Positions 31,336-41,400 are shown, numbered from the stretch's first letter. The stretch is DNA of 64,000 bases from Minisyncoccota bacterium (GCA_035548315.1 DASZTF010000148.1:21292-85291); one strand, 5' to 3'. Translations and numbers: made by a program. Notes: a model not told the origin generated them from the sequence alone.

Positions 31336-31426
31336 CGGAAGGGGAGGGATTCGAACCCTCGATACGGATATTACCCCGTATAGCGGATTAGCAATCCACC
31401 GCATTCAGCCACTCTGCCACCCTTCC
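31336..31426 (-). tRNA. tRNA-Ser (GCU), no encoded CCA
   Basis: GGAAGGG...GTGGA-TTGCTAA-TCCGC, long variable arm, GAGGG-TTCGAAT-CCCTC, G73. Confidence 0.95.
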
Positions 31427-31467
31427 GTGTTTCCCTAACCTACCACGCTCGGCGCTATACTTCTAGC

Positions 31468-32181
31468 ATGTTCACCTACCTAGGGCTCGGCGCAGTGATC
31501 ATCCTCATCGCCTCTCTCGTATCTCAGCGCATGCGCAGGAAGCGCTTCTATATTGTGCGTCACGGACAGACCCTCCTCAACGCCGCACACATAAAACAGG
31601 GGGCCGACGGTGCCCTCTCGGAGGAAGGAAAAGAGCAGGCGCGCCGCATCGGGCTCTTTCTCGGGCGCTTTGGTATCGACGCCATTTACGCGAGCCCCTT
31701 CGAGCGCGCAAAGGAGACGGCGGCAATCATCGCGGAGTACCTCAAGGTGCCGGTCGCGTACTCGGACCTCCTGCGCGAGCGGGCGAACCCCAGTGAAGTA
31801 CTCGGTAAAAGTACCCACGACCCCGACGTCGAGCGCATCATCGACCGCATCGACCTTTCCTACCATGACGACGAGTACCGCTACGCGGACGAAGAGAACT
31901 TTCTCGACCTTAAGGAACGCGCACTCGCATGCCTTACCTACCTCGCTTCCCGACCCGAGCAAGAAATATGCGTCATTACGCACCACGCATTTCTTAAAAT
32001 GCTTCTCGCCTGCATGCTCTACCCCGACGCACTCCACGCAAGCGACTTTGTGAAGCTCTCGTTCTTTAACCAGTCCGATAACGGCGGCACCAGCATTTGC
32101 GAGTACAATCCTTTGCGCAGGCTGTTTAGCAAAAAGCGCGGGTGGCGGGTACTTTCGTATAACGAGCAGCTGGGGCAGTGA
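31468..32181 (+). CDS. Histidine phosphatase (PGM-like) family protein with N-terminal anchor
   Basis: IVRHGQT, ASPFERAKET, VITH. Confidence 0.9.
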   Translation: MFTYLGLGAVIILIASLVSQRMRRKRFYIVRHGQTLLNAAHIKQGADGALSEEGKEQARRIGLFLGRFGIDAIYASPFERAKETAAIIAEYLKVPVAYSDLLRERANPSEVLGKSTHDPDVERIIDRIDLSYHDDEYRYADEENFLDLKERALACLTYLASRPEQEICVITHHAFLKMLLACMLYPDALHASDFVKLSFFNQSDNGGTSICEYNPLRRLFSKKRGWRVLSYNEQLGQ

Positions 32182-32200
32182 TGCTCATGCATTCTCCATC

Positions 32201-32641
32201 ATGGCGCCGTATACTGACTGGATGACCGCACCTGACCAGCGCGTATCTCGCCGACTCCGGGCGCGCATGCAGATATTTCTCGCCATTGGTGCAGTGATCC
32301 TCGCGTTCATTGCGCACGATGTGTTCGATCGTGTCCTTCCCTTCTGGCTCGCTGCGGTAGCGCTTTTGATCGGCGGCGCGCTCGGATACGTACTTGGTCG
32401 CATCCGCACCGTGAAGCGCCACGAGACCACGAATGAGATCGTCTCTGAAATGGATCTCATTGGTGGCGCGGCTATCGCCGCGTACGTGGTGTTCGACCTT
32501 TCGCGGGAATGGATCTTCGGTCACTTTATCCAGGGCCCTGCCCTTTCAGCGTTCACGCTCGCGATCCTCTCGGGCGCACTCTTCGGCCGCTTTTTCGGCC
32601 TGCGCGTCTCGATCAACCGTATCCTCGCAAGCGGCGGATAA
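32201..32641 (+). CDS. Hypothetical 4-TM membrane protein
   Basis: 146 aa with hydrophobic helices. Confidence 0.7.
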   Translation: MAPYTDWMTAPDQRVSRRLRARMQIFLAIGAVILAFIAHDVFDRVLPFWLAAVALLIGGALGYVLGRIRTVKRHETTNEIVSEMDLIGGAAIAAYVVFDLSREWIFGHFIQGPALSAFTLAILSGALFGRFFGLRVSINRILASGG

Positions 32642-33061
32642 TTATTTGAGAAAAAGGTACACGCCGATCGGCGCGCACCAGGTGACCCAGTCGGCCACAG
32701 CCTTCTGCCAGTGCTGGCGGTAGTGATGCCGCTGGTAGAAAAATTCCTGATACGTGATGAGGAGCGTGACGATGCCGAGCACGATACTGAGCACCACTTC
32801 GCTGTCAAAAAAGTACGACGCAAGCAGTGCGGCACCATAAATGACCGCGAGCGAACCGATGAGATGGAAGAGCTGGCGGTACGTCGCGAATTTATACCCA
32901 TATGCACCGGGTCCGTAGCGCCGCGCGGCGCGGCGCAGTTCCATATCCGCTGAGCGCACCCCACGCACCCATTGTCCCTGCACTTCATTTGCGAAGGGAT
33001 AGAGTCGATTCGGCAGCACGATAAAGAAGTGGTAGAGCGCGGGCGGTGCTTTCCGTGCCAT
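32642..33061 (-). CDS. Hypothetical membrane protein
   Basis: 139 aa with C-terminal TMs; TATACT 6 nt before the ATG. Confidence 0.7.
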   Translation of the reverse strand: MARKAPPALYHFFIVLPNRLYPFANEVQGQWVRGVRSADMELRRAARRYGPGAYGYKFATYRQLFHLIGSLAVIYGAALLASYFFDSEVVLSIVLGIVTLLITYQEFFYQRHHYRQHWQKAVADWVTWCAPIGVYLFLK

Positions 33062-33078
33062 GCGGCAAGTATAGCGCG

Positions 33079-34224
33079 CTAGCGTACCGACTTGGCGACC
33101 GCCTTCACCACGCGCTTGTCGAGGAGGTCGGGGATGATTTTGGACGCGGTGGGGCGCGGGACGAGCGCCGCGAGCGCCTTTGCCGCGCGCAGCTTGGTCT
33201 CTTCAGTGATTTGCTTCACACCCTTATCGAGCGCGCCGCGGAAGATACCCGGGTACACGAGCGCGTTATTAAGCTGATTGGGGAAATCGGAGCGGCCGGT
33301 AGCGATCACCGCTGCTCCGCCCTTCTTTGCTTCCTCCGGCATGATTTCTGGGACAGGATTTGCGAGCGCAAACACGATCGCACCCTTGGGCATGCTCGCG
33401 ATATCAGCCGCAGTCACAGTACCAGGGCCTGATACGCCGATAAACACATCTGCTCCCTTGAGCGCTGTACTGATATGACCTTCAAGTTGTGGCGGGTTCG
33501 TAAACGACGCCAATTCTTTCTTATGCGGCGCAAGATTCGGGCGCTTCTTGTAAATCGCGCCCTCGCGATCGAATACGATGACGTGCCTGTTCCCCGCTGC
33601 GTAAAGGAGCTTGGCAATCGCGACTCCCGCCGCGCCAGCGCCCGATATCACGATGCGCATCTTCTTCCAATCTTTTTTCACGACCTTCGCTGCGTTCATG
33701 AGTCCCGCAAGCACCACCACCGCGGTGCCATGCTGATCGTCGTGCATCACCGGGATGCCGATATCTTGAAGCGCCGCTTCGATGGCGAAGCACCGTGGAG
33801 CAGAGATGTCCTCGAGGTTGATGCCACCCCATCCCGGCGCAATCGCTTTAACTGTGCGAATAATTTCTTCGGTATCTTGGGTATTCAGTACGATGGGCCA
33901 CGCATCGATATTCGCCATCTCCTTAAATATGAGCGCCTTCCCTTCCATCACCGGAAGCGCGCCGTAGGGACCAATATTACCGAGACCGAGCACCGCAGAG
34001 CCATCGGAGATCACCGCTACTGAGTTCTTCTTCACGCTCATTGCGCGCGCGTCTTTTGGATTCTTAGCAAGATGCGTCGCTGCAGTCCCCACGCCCGGCG
34101 TGTACCAGAGCGAGAAGTCTTTGCGGCCGGCGAGCTTGGTGCGTGCCTTGGTCTCTATCCGCGCCCCTTGTTTCTTATATATAGTGACAATCTTCTTCGC
34201 ATCCGTGCGCGCGTCCTTTTTCAT
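33079..34224 (-). CDS. NAD(P)-dependent malic enzyme
   Basis: YTPGV, SDGSAVLGLGNIG, NLEDI, HDDQHGT, GAGAAG, ATGRSDFPNQ; start reassigned. Confidence 0.95.
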   Translation of the reverse strand: MKKDARTDAKKIVTIYKKQGARIETKARTKLAGRKDFSLWYTPGVGTAATHLAKNPKDARAMSVKKNSVAVISDGSAVLGLGNIGPYGALPVMEGKALIFKEMANIDAWPIVLNTQDTEEIIRTVKAIAPGWGGINLEDISAPRCFAIEAALQDIGIPVMHDDQHGTAVVVLAGLMNAAKVVKKDWKKMRIVISGAGAAGVAIAKLLYAAGNRHVIVFDREGAIYKKRPNLAPHKKELASFTNPPQLEGHISTALKGADVFIGVSGPGTVTAADIASMPKGAIVFALANPVPEIMPEEAKKGGAAVIATGRSDFPNQLNNALVYPGIFRGALDKGVKQITEETKLRAAKALAALVPRPTASKIIPDLLDKRVVKAVAKSVR

Positions 34225-34231
34225 CTGGCCA

Positions 34232-34239
34232 AGTATACT
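34232..34239. promoter_or_regulatory. Bidirectional -10 element (AGTATACT) for the divergent leaderless malic enzyme and recG genes
   Basis: The start codons are 21 bp apart, and TATACT lies 6-7 nt before the ATG on each strand. Confidence 0.7.
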
Positions 34240-34245
34240 AGGCCC

Positions 34246-36453
34246 ATGCAGGAACGCGACCTTGTGGAAAAGCACTTCACCCGGCTGCGAGGGGACCAGA
34301 AGAAGGCGCTCAGCCGCTTGGGTATCAAGACGGTCCGTGACTTGCTCTACCACTTCCCCCACCGATACGAAGCATCGGGACCAACGGGTACCATCGCAGG
34401 CGCCGCAGCGGGTACCGAAGTCACGCTCTACGGCACCGTGCGCAAACCAGATGTGCGAAAGGCATGGAAGTCACGCCGCCCGATCGCCGAGGCGTGGCTT
34501 GAAGACGCGTCGGGTCGCATGAAGATGATGTGGTTCAACCAACCGTACATCGCGAAGACGCTCCACGACGGTATGGTCGTACGGGTGACCGGCCGCGTAT
34601 CGGGAGAGGGCGCGAAAGCGTATCTCGCCAATCCACAAATTGACCGTAGCGAAGTGCTGCCCGACGATGTGCACCAGAGTCTCTTTGTGTCCAACCCCGA
34701 CTCACCCGACGCACCTGGAATGTTCCCGATTTACTCCGAGAGCCGCGGCATTTCGTCGCTATGGCTCCACCATGCGGTAAAGCGCGTGCTCGAGAGCGGC
34801 ATCCAGGAACAGCTCGCCGATCCCATTCCGCACGACGTACTCGAGAAATATAATCTGCCCTCGCTCGCGACTGCGATTGTATGGATACACTTGCCCAAGA
34901 AGCAGGACGATGCTGATGCGGCGCGCAAGCGGTTCGCATTCGAGGAAGTATTCGGCATCCAGCTCGGCATGGCGCGCAGGAAGCGCGAGACACAAGGAGA
35001 ACGCGCGCTCCCCGTAGCGGTGGATCGCCGCGTGCTGGCGGACTTCGTTGCGTCGTTCCCCTTCCCTGCGACCGCGGCACAGCAGCGCTCGATCGAATCC
35101 ATCGTGGCTGATTTTGAGAAACCGCATCCGATGACGCGCCTCCTTGAGGGCGATGTGGGGAGCGGCAAGACTGCGGTCGCTGCTGCGACCGCATACCTCG
35201 TCGCCCTGTCGCGCCCCCTCGTGAAGGGTGCCGAGCCCGGCGCCGCGGGCATCCTGCAGCGCCGCCAAGCGGGTAATCTCCAGGTGGCGTATATGTGCCC
35301 GACGGAAATCCTCGCGAAACAGCACTTTTCGACATTCGTCTCCTATTTCAAAGATCACCCAATACAAATTGGACTCATTACGGGGTCAGAGACGCGCAAG
35401 TTCCCGAGCAAGATCCGTAAAGAAGAATCCACGCACATTTCTCGTGCGCAATTTAAAAAGTGGGTGAAGAACGGCGAGATCCCGATCGTGATCGGCACCC
35501 ACGCACTCATTCAAAAGTCGCTTGAGTTCCAGAACCTCGCGTACGTCATCATCGACGAGCAGCATCGGTTCGGGAAAGTGCACCGCCAGTCGCTGGTGCG
35601 CAAGGGGGACGTCACGCCGCACCTTCTTTCCATGACCGCGACCCCGATCCCACGCACGCTCGCGCTCACCATCTATGGCGACCTCGATATCTCCCTGCTT
35701 GATGAGATGCCGGCCGGGAGAAAGCCCGTCATCACCGAAGTGCTCGGTCCCGAGAAACGCGAGAAAGCATACGAGCGCGTGCGCGCAGAAATGAAAGCAG
35801 GTCACCAGGCGTATGTGATCTGCCCGCGTATTGATGAGCCAGATCCTTCAAAGGAACTCGCGCTCCAAGCAAAGTCAGTGAAAGCAGAAGCGGCGCGACT
35901 CAAGAAAGAAGTATTCCCGAACGCATCCATCGGCATCCTCCACAGCAAGATGAAGCCACAGGAAAAGGAAACGGTGATGGCAGATTTTGCCGCGGGTAAA
36001 GTCGACATTCTCGTAGCGACGTCGGTCGTAGAAGTCGGTGTGAACGTGCCCAACGCCACGGTGATCCTCATCGAGGGCGCAGAACGCTTCGGTCTCTCGC
36101 AGCTCCATCAGCTACGCGGGCGTGTGATCCGCTCCACGCACCAGGCGTACTGCTTTGCGCTCCCTGAGTCATACGGGCAAGCGACCAAAGACCGCCTCAA
36201 AGCGCTCGTCACGGCGAAAAACGGCTTTGAGCTTTCCGAGTACGACCTCGCGCTGCGCGGCGCAGGAGAACTCTACGGCGCACGCCAGTGGGGCGTCTCC
36301 GACATCGCGATGGAAGCCCTCAAGAACATCAAGATGGTCGAGGCCGCACGCACCGAGGCGCAGAAGCTCATTACGCAGGATCCGAGCCTCGCCCACTACC
36401 CGCTTCTGCGCGAGCTCTCGCAGCGCGCAGAACAGGAAGTGCACCCGGAATAG
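34246..36453 (+). CDS. recG: ATP-dependent DNA helicase RecG
   Basis: LLEGDVGSGKT, IDEQHRFG, MTATPIPRTL, QLHQLRGRV. Confidence 0.97.
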   Translation: MQERDLVEKHFTRLRGDQKKALSRLGIKTVRDLLYHFPHRYEASGPTGTIAGAAAGTEVTLYGTVRKPDVRKAWKSRRPIAEAWLEDASGRMKMMWFNQPYIAKTLHDGMVVRVTGRVSGEGAKAYLANPQIDRSEVLPDDVHQSLFVSNPDSPDAPGMFPIYSESRGISSLWLHHAVKRVLESGIQEQLADPIPHDVLEKYNLPSLATAIVWIHLPKKQDDADAARKRFAFEEVFGIQLGMARRKRETQGERALPVAVDRRVLADFVASFPFPATAAQQRSIESIVADFEKPHPMTRLLEGDVGSGKTAVAAATAYLVALSRPLVKGAEPGAAGILQRRQAGNLQVAYMCPTEILAKQHFSTFVSYFKDHPIQIGLITGSETRKFPSKIRKEESTHISRAQFKKWVKNGEIPIVIGTHALIQKSLEFQNLAYVIIDEQHRFGKVHRQSLVRKGDVTPHLLSMTATPIPRTLALTIYGDLDISLLDEMPAGRKPVITEVLGPEKREKAYERVRAEMKAGHQAYVICPRIDEPDPSKELALQAKSVKAEAARLKKEVFPNASIGILHSKMKPQEKETVMADFAAGKVDILVATSVVEVGVNVPNATVILIEGAERFGLSQLHQLRGRVIRSTHQAYCFALPESYGQATKDRLKALVTAKNGFELSEYDLALRGAGELYGARQWGVSDIAMEALKNIKMVEAARTEAQKLITQDPSLAHYPLLRELSQRAEQEVHPE

Positions 36454-37998
36454 TTATTTATTTTTCTTACCACCGCCCGAACCGTCCTTAGCAACGGTGA
36501 ATGTAAGCGCGTTGCTCATCGATACACCATCAAACACATGGAGGGTGTGCGTGCCTTGCTTAAGTGTATGCGACTGCGCATTCTTCGCGTCCCAAGAGAC
36601 CTGGTAGGTAACGGTGCTGCCGTCAGCGCTCGGCGTCTCATATGCGTTCACGCCACCTCCGTCGATCATGACGATCACTTGCCCCTGCGCATCGTGCGCT
36701 GCGAAGCTGCCTTTGATCGTGAGCGTTACCGGATCACCATAGGTGAAATTGGATGGCGTCACCGAGGTAATAGTCGGGCTGTCGGTCGGTTTGAGGCCGA
36801 AGAGTACCGCGGTCATATTCCCCGCCTTGAGCGCATCGATGAATTGATCGGGGTAATCACCGTGCACCATGTCGGCGGGCGGCGTTACGGTCGTCCATTC
36901 GCCACAACTGTACATCACCCAGGTACCGGAGTTAGTCGGTGGTGGTTCAAAGGGTGCAGCACAATCACCGCCCGCCGCCTTCAATTTCGCTGCGCTGTCT
37001 TCATAGGAAGCTTTCGTGGCAGCGTCCATGGTGGCGGTGTTCTGCCATGCTTCAAAGCGCGTACGGCCGAGCTCCTTGGTCTGGTAGTACCGTTCGAAGT
37101 GGTGATTATCATCGCTCGTCACGTCGTTCGTCACCAACGTCTGGAGCGGTGGCGTCTTCGTGCCGTCGGGGCGCGTGTAGGAATAGGACGTGATCTTCCA
37201 GGCATTCGCATCCATTTTATAGTCGCTCGGCGCTGGACACGGGCCCGGGTTGTAGACCTTATCGAAAGACGTGTCCTCCGTACCGGACGATTGTGTGAGC
37301 GCATCAATACTCACGCGGATTTGCGCGTTCATGAGTCCCATGAGGTCATTCGGGACACCTCCCCGAGCGTCGCTGCAGGCAGATGAGATGCGGAAAGTCG
37401 GGCCGTTCCCGTCGATCGTGGAGTACGTCGCAATCGTCGTCGACGATTGAATATATATGTTGCTCACGCCATCGCTCAAGTCGAGCACGTTCGGTAAGTA
37501 GCCGGTCTTCTTCCCGTTGTCGTTCCCGTAGTTATCCTTGATTTTTATCGCAATAACTCCGACAGAGGTTCCGGTATCGACCGGAATCTCGTCGAGCCGG
37601 AGCGTATCGCCGCTACTACGCGGGTTCTCTTTGTGGTACGGAAGTCGCTCGCCCGGGAGAAGATCGCGGTGTGCGACGCAGTTGGGATTTCCATCGATCG
37701 GTGAGACATCCATCATGACATTCCCATTCTTATCGAGACACACGTCCTGGATGAAGTAATCCATCATTGCCTGCCAGGGCGTACGATTGTCGATATACGC
37801 GGTCTCCAGAGTGGTCGAGCCGGTACCAGAAAGTCCTGGGATTCCTGGAAGCGCCGGCACGAGTCCTGGAGCAGTGGTCCGCAGAATGGCGTACGCACCA
37901 ATAGCGAGCAAGATAATAATGACGACCACACCAGCGATCATGCGCCAGTGCGGAAATCGAGAAGTAATGGGTGTTGGTGAGGGGGTTGAGGGTTCCAT
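36454..37998 (-). CDS. Membrane-anchored extracellular protein with C-terminal IPT/TIG-like domain
   Basis: N-terminal TM, Cys-containing globular domain, PTITSVTPS...LTIKGSF...SNALTFTV. Confidence 0.75.
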   Translation of the reverse strand: MEPSTPSPTPITSRFPHWRMIAGVVVIIILLAIGAYAILRTTAPGLVPALPGIPGLSGTGSTTLETAYIDNRTPWQAMMDYFIQDVCLDKNGNVMMDVSPIDGNPNCVAHRDLLPGERLPYHKENPRSSGDTLRLDEIPVDTGTSVGVIAIKIKDNYGNDNGKKTGYLPNVLDLSDGVSNIYIQSSTTIATYSTIDGNGPTFRISSACSDARGGVPNDLMGLMNAQIRVSIDALTQSSGTEDTSFDKVYNPGPCPAPSDYKMDANAWKITSYSYTRPDGTKTPPLQTLVTNDVTSDDNHHFERYYQTKELGRTRFEAWQNTATMDAATKASYEDSAAKLKAAGGDCAAPFEPPPTNSGTWVMYSCGEWTTVTPPADMVHGDYPDQFIDALKAGNMTAVLFGLKPTDSPTITSVTPSNFTYGDPVTLTIKGSFAAHDAQGQVIVMIDGGGVNAYETPSADGSTVTYQVSWDAKNAQSHTLKQGTHTLHVFDGVSMSNALTFTVAKDGSGGGKKNK

Positions 37999-38069
37999 AT
38001 TCCCCCAGTATACGCCGCATTCGGGTCTTCATTTGCGACATAGGCGTATTCGGGTATAGTCGAGACACG

Positions 38070-38909
38070 ATGGTTCGTAAAATCTTCCAGATTCTGGTCT
38101 ACCTCTTCGCCGCAATCGGCTTTGTGCTCGTCGTCGGCTACTTCGCCGTGAAGTACGGCCTCACCAATACCACCGGCATCATCGATGAGCAGCGCCAGAG
38201 TTTCCTGTCGGCGACTTCCACCACCACCCAGATCGCTGCCGCAGACATCACCACCATCCTCCCGTGGACCGAGACGGAAGAGTGGCAGACGCTCGATGTG
38301 GCGATCCGCAAGGACGGTGACGCCGTGAATCGCGCCGCCGTTGATTCGGGCGTGCCTGCGCGCCTCATCATTTCCAACCTCGTCGCAGAGCAGCTCCGGC
38401 TCTTCTTCAGCGACCGCGAAGACTACAAGCAGTTCTTCCTCCCGCTCAAGATTCTCGGCAGCCAGACACAGTTCTCCTGGGGCATCATGGGTATGAAGGA
38501 AGACACCGCGATTCAGGTGGAGAATAATTTGAAAGATCCGTCCTCGCCCTACTATCCCGGCGACGCGTATGCGCATCTTTTGGACTACCCTGCCGGTACA
38601 ACCGACGTCACCCAGGCGCGCTACGTGCGGCTCACCGACCAGCACAATCACTACTGGAGTTACGTGTACGCGGGGCTCTATATAAAGGAAGTCGAGGCGC
38701 AGTGGGACCACGCTGGATTCCCTATCGCCGATAAGCCCGCGATCGTGTCCACGCTCTTCAACATCGGCTTTGCGCACTCGATGCCGAACGCAGCGCCGCA
38801 GGTAGGCGGCGCTGCCATCACGGTGGGCGGTATCGATTACAGCTTCGGCGGCCTCGCGGGCGACTTCTACACCTCCGACGTCCTCACCGACCTCTTCCCC
38901 CGTTCGTAA
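38070..38909 (+). CDS. Membrane-anchored protein, possibly lysozyme/transglycosylase-like fold
   Basis: TM anchor; AAVDSGVPARLIISNLVAEQ, SWGIMGMK..TA and STLFNIG resemble SLT motifs I-III. Confidence 0.6.
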   Translation: MVRKIFQILVYLFAAIGFVLVVGYFAVKYGLTNTTGIIDEQRQSFLSATSTTTQIAAADITTILPWTETEEWQTLDVAIRKDGDAVNRAAVDSGVPARLIISNLVAEQLRLFFSDREDYKQFFLPLKILGSQTQFSWGIMGMKEDTAIQVENNLKDPSSPYYPGDAYAHLLDYPAGTTDVTQARYVRLTDQHNHYWSYVYAGLYIKEVEAQWDHAGFPIADKPAIVSTLFNIGFAHSMPNAAPQVGGAAITVGGIDYSFGGLAGDFYTSDVLTDLFPRS

Positions 38910-38931
38910 CGCGCGCCTGTATAATCAGGCT

Positions 38932-40224
38932 ATGAGTCCGTCGCCAGAATCTGCGTCAACACATGACGGGCGTAGTCCACATGAACGCGAGCACGCGCTC
39001 ACCCTATTTCCTCAAGCCGATGCCCTGCTCGAGCACTACAAAGAAACGGGTGCTGGTGCCCATGAACTCGAAGTTATGCGAGACGTGCTCTACAGCTATC
39101 TCGATCGCGCCGTAGAAAACATGCGCATATTCCGCTCAACGAGCGGCCTTGAATTCCCCTATACGTCAGTGAGCTTACAGGATCTGGCCACCGCAGTGTT
39201 TCTCGCACACGGAGGGACACGGACTCCTACGGTCCCGAACGAGCACCATCGCGAGAAGACGACGCGGGAGTTTCTCATGACCGGCTACCCGGTGACGTCC
39301 CAGATGGGCGGGCCGTTTGAGTTCGCAGAGATGCCGATACACACGCTTGTCGCACAGCTGCCGCACGCGCTCGAAGCCTTGAAACGGGGCGAAGACGTCG
39401 CGGACGCATCGATCTACACGCTCGGCTACCCCACCAATGAATTCGGAGCTATCCCCGCGCCAGCGCTCGAGGCGTTCAAGCAGGACCCCATCGATGCGCT
39501 CGGCTCGGCGTATGAGGAATGCATCCAGCAGGAACTCGAACGAGGGAAAGCACTCGGTGCAGAACCCGAGCACGTGACGCTCACCGGCGTATCGACCGGT
39601 GCAAGCGCAGCAGTGAATACCGCAAGCAAGCTCGTTGAGCGAGGCGCCCTTTCCCAGAACGTTGATGCGAAGCCCCACCTGACCGTCACTCTCTACGCCC
39701 CCGTCGGCATACGAAACCTGAACGAAGGAGCGCTACGCGTACCACAAATGACTGCGGGCTTTGCGGGAGAGATCGCATACCAGTCGCTCACCAATCCCGA
39801 TGCGAGCTCCGTAGTCAGGCAGCAGTCTGCATTCTCTGAAGCGCTTAAGGAGAAAGTCGCTCGCCGTATGCCGGTGCAGATGAACACAGAGCACGCAGCA
39901 GCCAAGCGCGCAGCTCTCATCGCGCTCGGGCAGGCGCTCCTCACGGGAGCGCCCGTTCCGAGCACGATAAAAGTTACCGAAGTGATCGGCCTTGATGACC
40001 CGCTGATCTATTCGAAAGAACGCAAGGACGGCTCATTGGCCCGCACGAAGCAGATGCGGATTGAGCGCGGCGCGTTCGGACCGCTCCAAGGCAAGGTCCT
40101 CCCCCGCTCCGCTCCAAACGAGCGTGTGTTCGGGCTCCCCATGTCGCACACGCTGCCGTTTTACCGCACAAGCGAGTTCAGCCGCTTTGACCGCGTTGTA
40201 GAAGCGGTTGACGCACTTTCCTAG
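38932..40224 (+). CDS. Hypothetical protein with alpha/beta-hydrolase-like nucleophile elbow
   Basis: VTLTGVSTGASAA (GxSxG), then DDPLI and MSHT; TATAAT 6 nt before the ATG. Confidence 0.65.
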   Translation: MSPSPESASTHDGRSPHEREHALTLFPQADALLEHYKETGAGAHELEVMRDVLYSYLDRAVENMRIFRSTSGLEFPYTSVSLQDLATAVFLAHGGTRTPTVPNEHHREKTTREFLMTGYPVTSQMGGPFEFAEMPIHTLVAQLPHALEALKRGEDVADASIYTLGYPTNEFGAIPAPALEAFKQDPIDALGSAYEECIQQELERGKALGAEPEHVTLTGVSTGASAAVNTASKLVERGALSQNVDAKPHLTVTLYAPVGIRNLNEGALRVPQMTAGFAGEIAYQSLTNPDASSVVRQQSAFSEALKEKVARRMPVQMNTEHAAAKRAALIALGQALLTGAPVPSTIKVTEVIGLDDPLIYSKERKDGSLARTKQMRIERGAFGPLQGKVLPRSAPNERVFGLPMSHTLPFYRTSEFSRFDRVVEAVDALS

Positions 40225-40298
40225 TCCATCCGCTTGGACTCGAACCAAGAACCGCCGAGGTATAAGCTCGGTGCTCTAACCAATTGAGCTACGGATGG
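40225..40298 (-). tRNA. tRNA-Ile (UAU), no encoded CCA
   Basis: CCATCCG-TA-GCTC-AATTGGTTA-GAGC-A-CCGAG-CTTATAC-CTCGG-CGGTT-CTTGG-TTCGAGT-CCAAG-CGGATGG-A. Confidence 0.92.
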
Positions 40299-40397
40299 GT
40301 ACTCCGTAAATCTACACCGTTTGTCCCCCTCCCGCGAGCGTGGTAGCGTGCGGCCAGAGCTACCCGAACGTCGGGATAGCAACCAGCGGAGAAACCA

Positions 40398-41351
40398 ATG
40401 GCAGACCTTTCTTCTTTGCGCCGTACGGTGCGGGGGATCGAGTTCCCCTACCCGGTCATGATCGCCGGCGGCGTCGTAAAGACAGCGGAGCAAGTCCGCA
40501 GATATGCCCCGACAGAGATCATACCTGAATGGGGATCGATCGAATCTGAGCCATCGAGCGGCAACGGCGGTCGTGATTATCACGCCGAATATGCTGAGGT
40601 GCCGGGCGGTGGAAGAGTCCTCATGCGGACCCAGAACTCGCTCGGCCTCCCGAACCCCGGCATGAAGTACGTGGAGCAGCACGCGCCGGACCTGATCAAG
40701 CTCTACGCCGACAACGGCAAGCCGCTTGCGATCAACGTGTCGGGCAAGAGTGTCGAGGATGTCGTGACGCTCGTCGGGCGCGCTATCACCTGCGGGTTCC
40801 GCTTCATCATCGTGAACGGCTCGTGTCCGAACAGGGTCGTGAAGGGAATGCCGAGCGCACCCATCTGCGTGGACCGCGATTCGATTATTCCGGTCTTTGA
40901 TCTGCTCCAGCGGCGCTTCAGCGGCACGGATGCTCTGGTCCTCTGGAAGGTGTCGGTGGGTCTGCCGCGACCAATCCTCGAGTTCAACTGCGAGATGGTC
41001 CGGCACTCTCCCGTGTTCGGCGGCATGGTTACGGGCAATACGTTCCCGAGCACGCTCGACTACGACGCCTTTTACGAGACGACGATCCTGACCGAGAACA
41101 AGATCGATCGCGGCGGCATGGCTGGTCCGGCGATTCGGCCGATCGCCCTCGACAACACCAACTTCTGCTCGCAGCAGCTCGCGAGCTGCGGGAAGATAGT
41201 GTTCGGGTGTGGGGGTGCGCAAGATGCACACACGATCAGGAAGTTCCTGCTCGCAGGTGCCGCAATCGTGCAGATGCACAGCGCATTCCGCGAAGCGAAC
41301 GAAGATCCGACCTTCGTCCGTGATATCCTCGCCGAGTTGGCGCAGGATTGA
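40398..41351 (+). CDS. pyrD: Dihydroorotate dehydrogenase-like flavoprotein
   Basis: NSLGLPN, NGSCPN, GNT, GGMAGPAIRP, GCGG, LLAGA..VQ. Confidence 0.85.
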   Translation: MADLSSLRRTVRGIEFPYPVMIAGGVVKTAEQVRRYAPTEIIPEWGSIESEPSSGNGGRDYHAEYAEVPGGGRVLMRTQNSLGLPNPGMKYVEQHAPDLIKLYADNGKPLAINVSGKSVEDVVTLVGRAITCGFRFIIVNGSCPNRVVKGMPSAPICVDRDSIIPVFDLLQRRFSGTDALVLWKVSVGLPRPILEFNCEMVRHSPVFGGMVTGNTFPSTLDYDAFYETTILTENKIDRGGMAGPAIRPIALDNTNFCSQQLASCGKIVFGCGGAQDAHTIRKFLLAGAAIVQMHSAFREANEDPTFVRDILAELAQD

Positions 41352-41363
41352 AGTACTGACGTG

Positions 41364-41400
41364 CACGGGCGGCCCGAAACGGCCGCCCGTGTTTCTTTTT
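41364..41400 (+). terminator. Intrinsic terminator after pyrD
   Basis: CACGGGCGGCC-cgaaac-GGCCGCCCGTG followed by TTTCTTTTT. Confidence 0.75.

Noticed and set aside
34072-34362. Apparent head-to-head overlap of recG and malic enzyme in the ORF track
   Set aside because: The real starts are most likely 34246 and 34224, leaving a 21-bp gap that holds a bidirectional -10.
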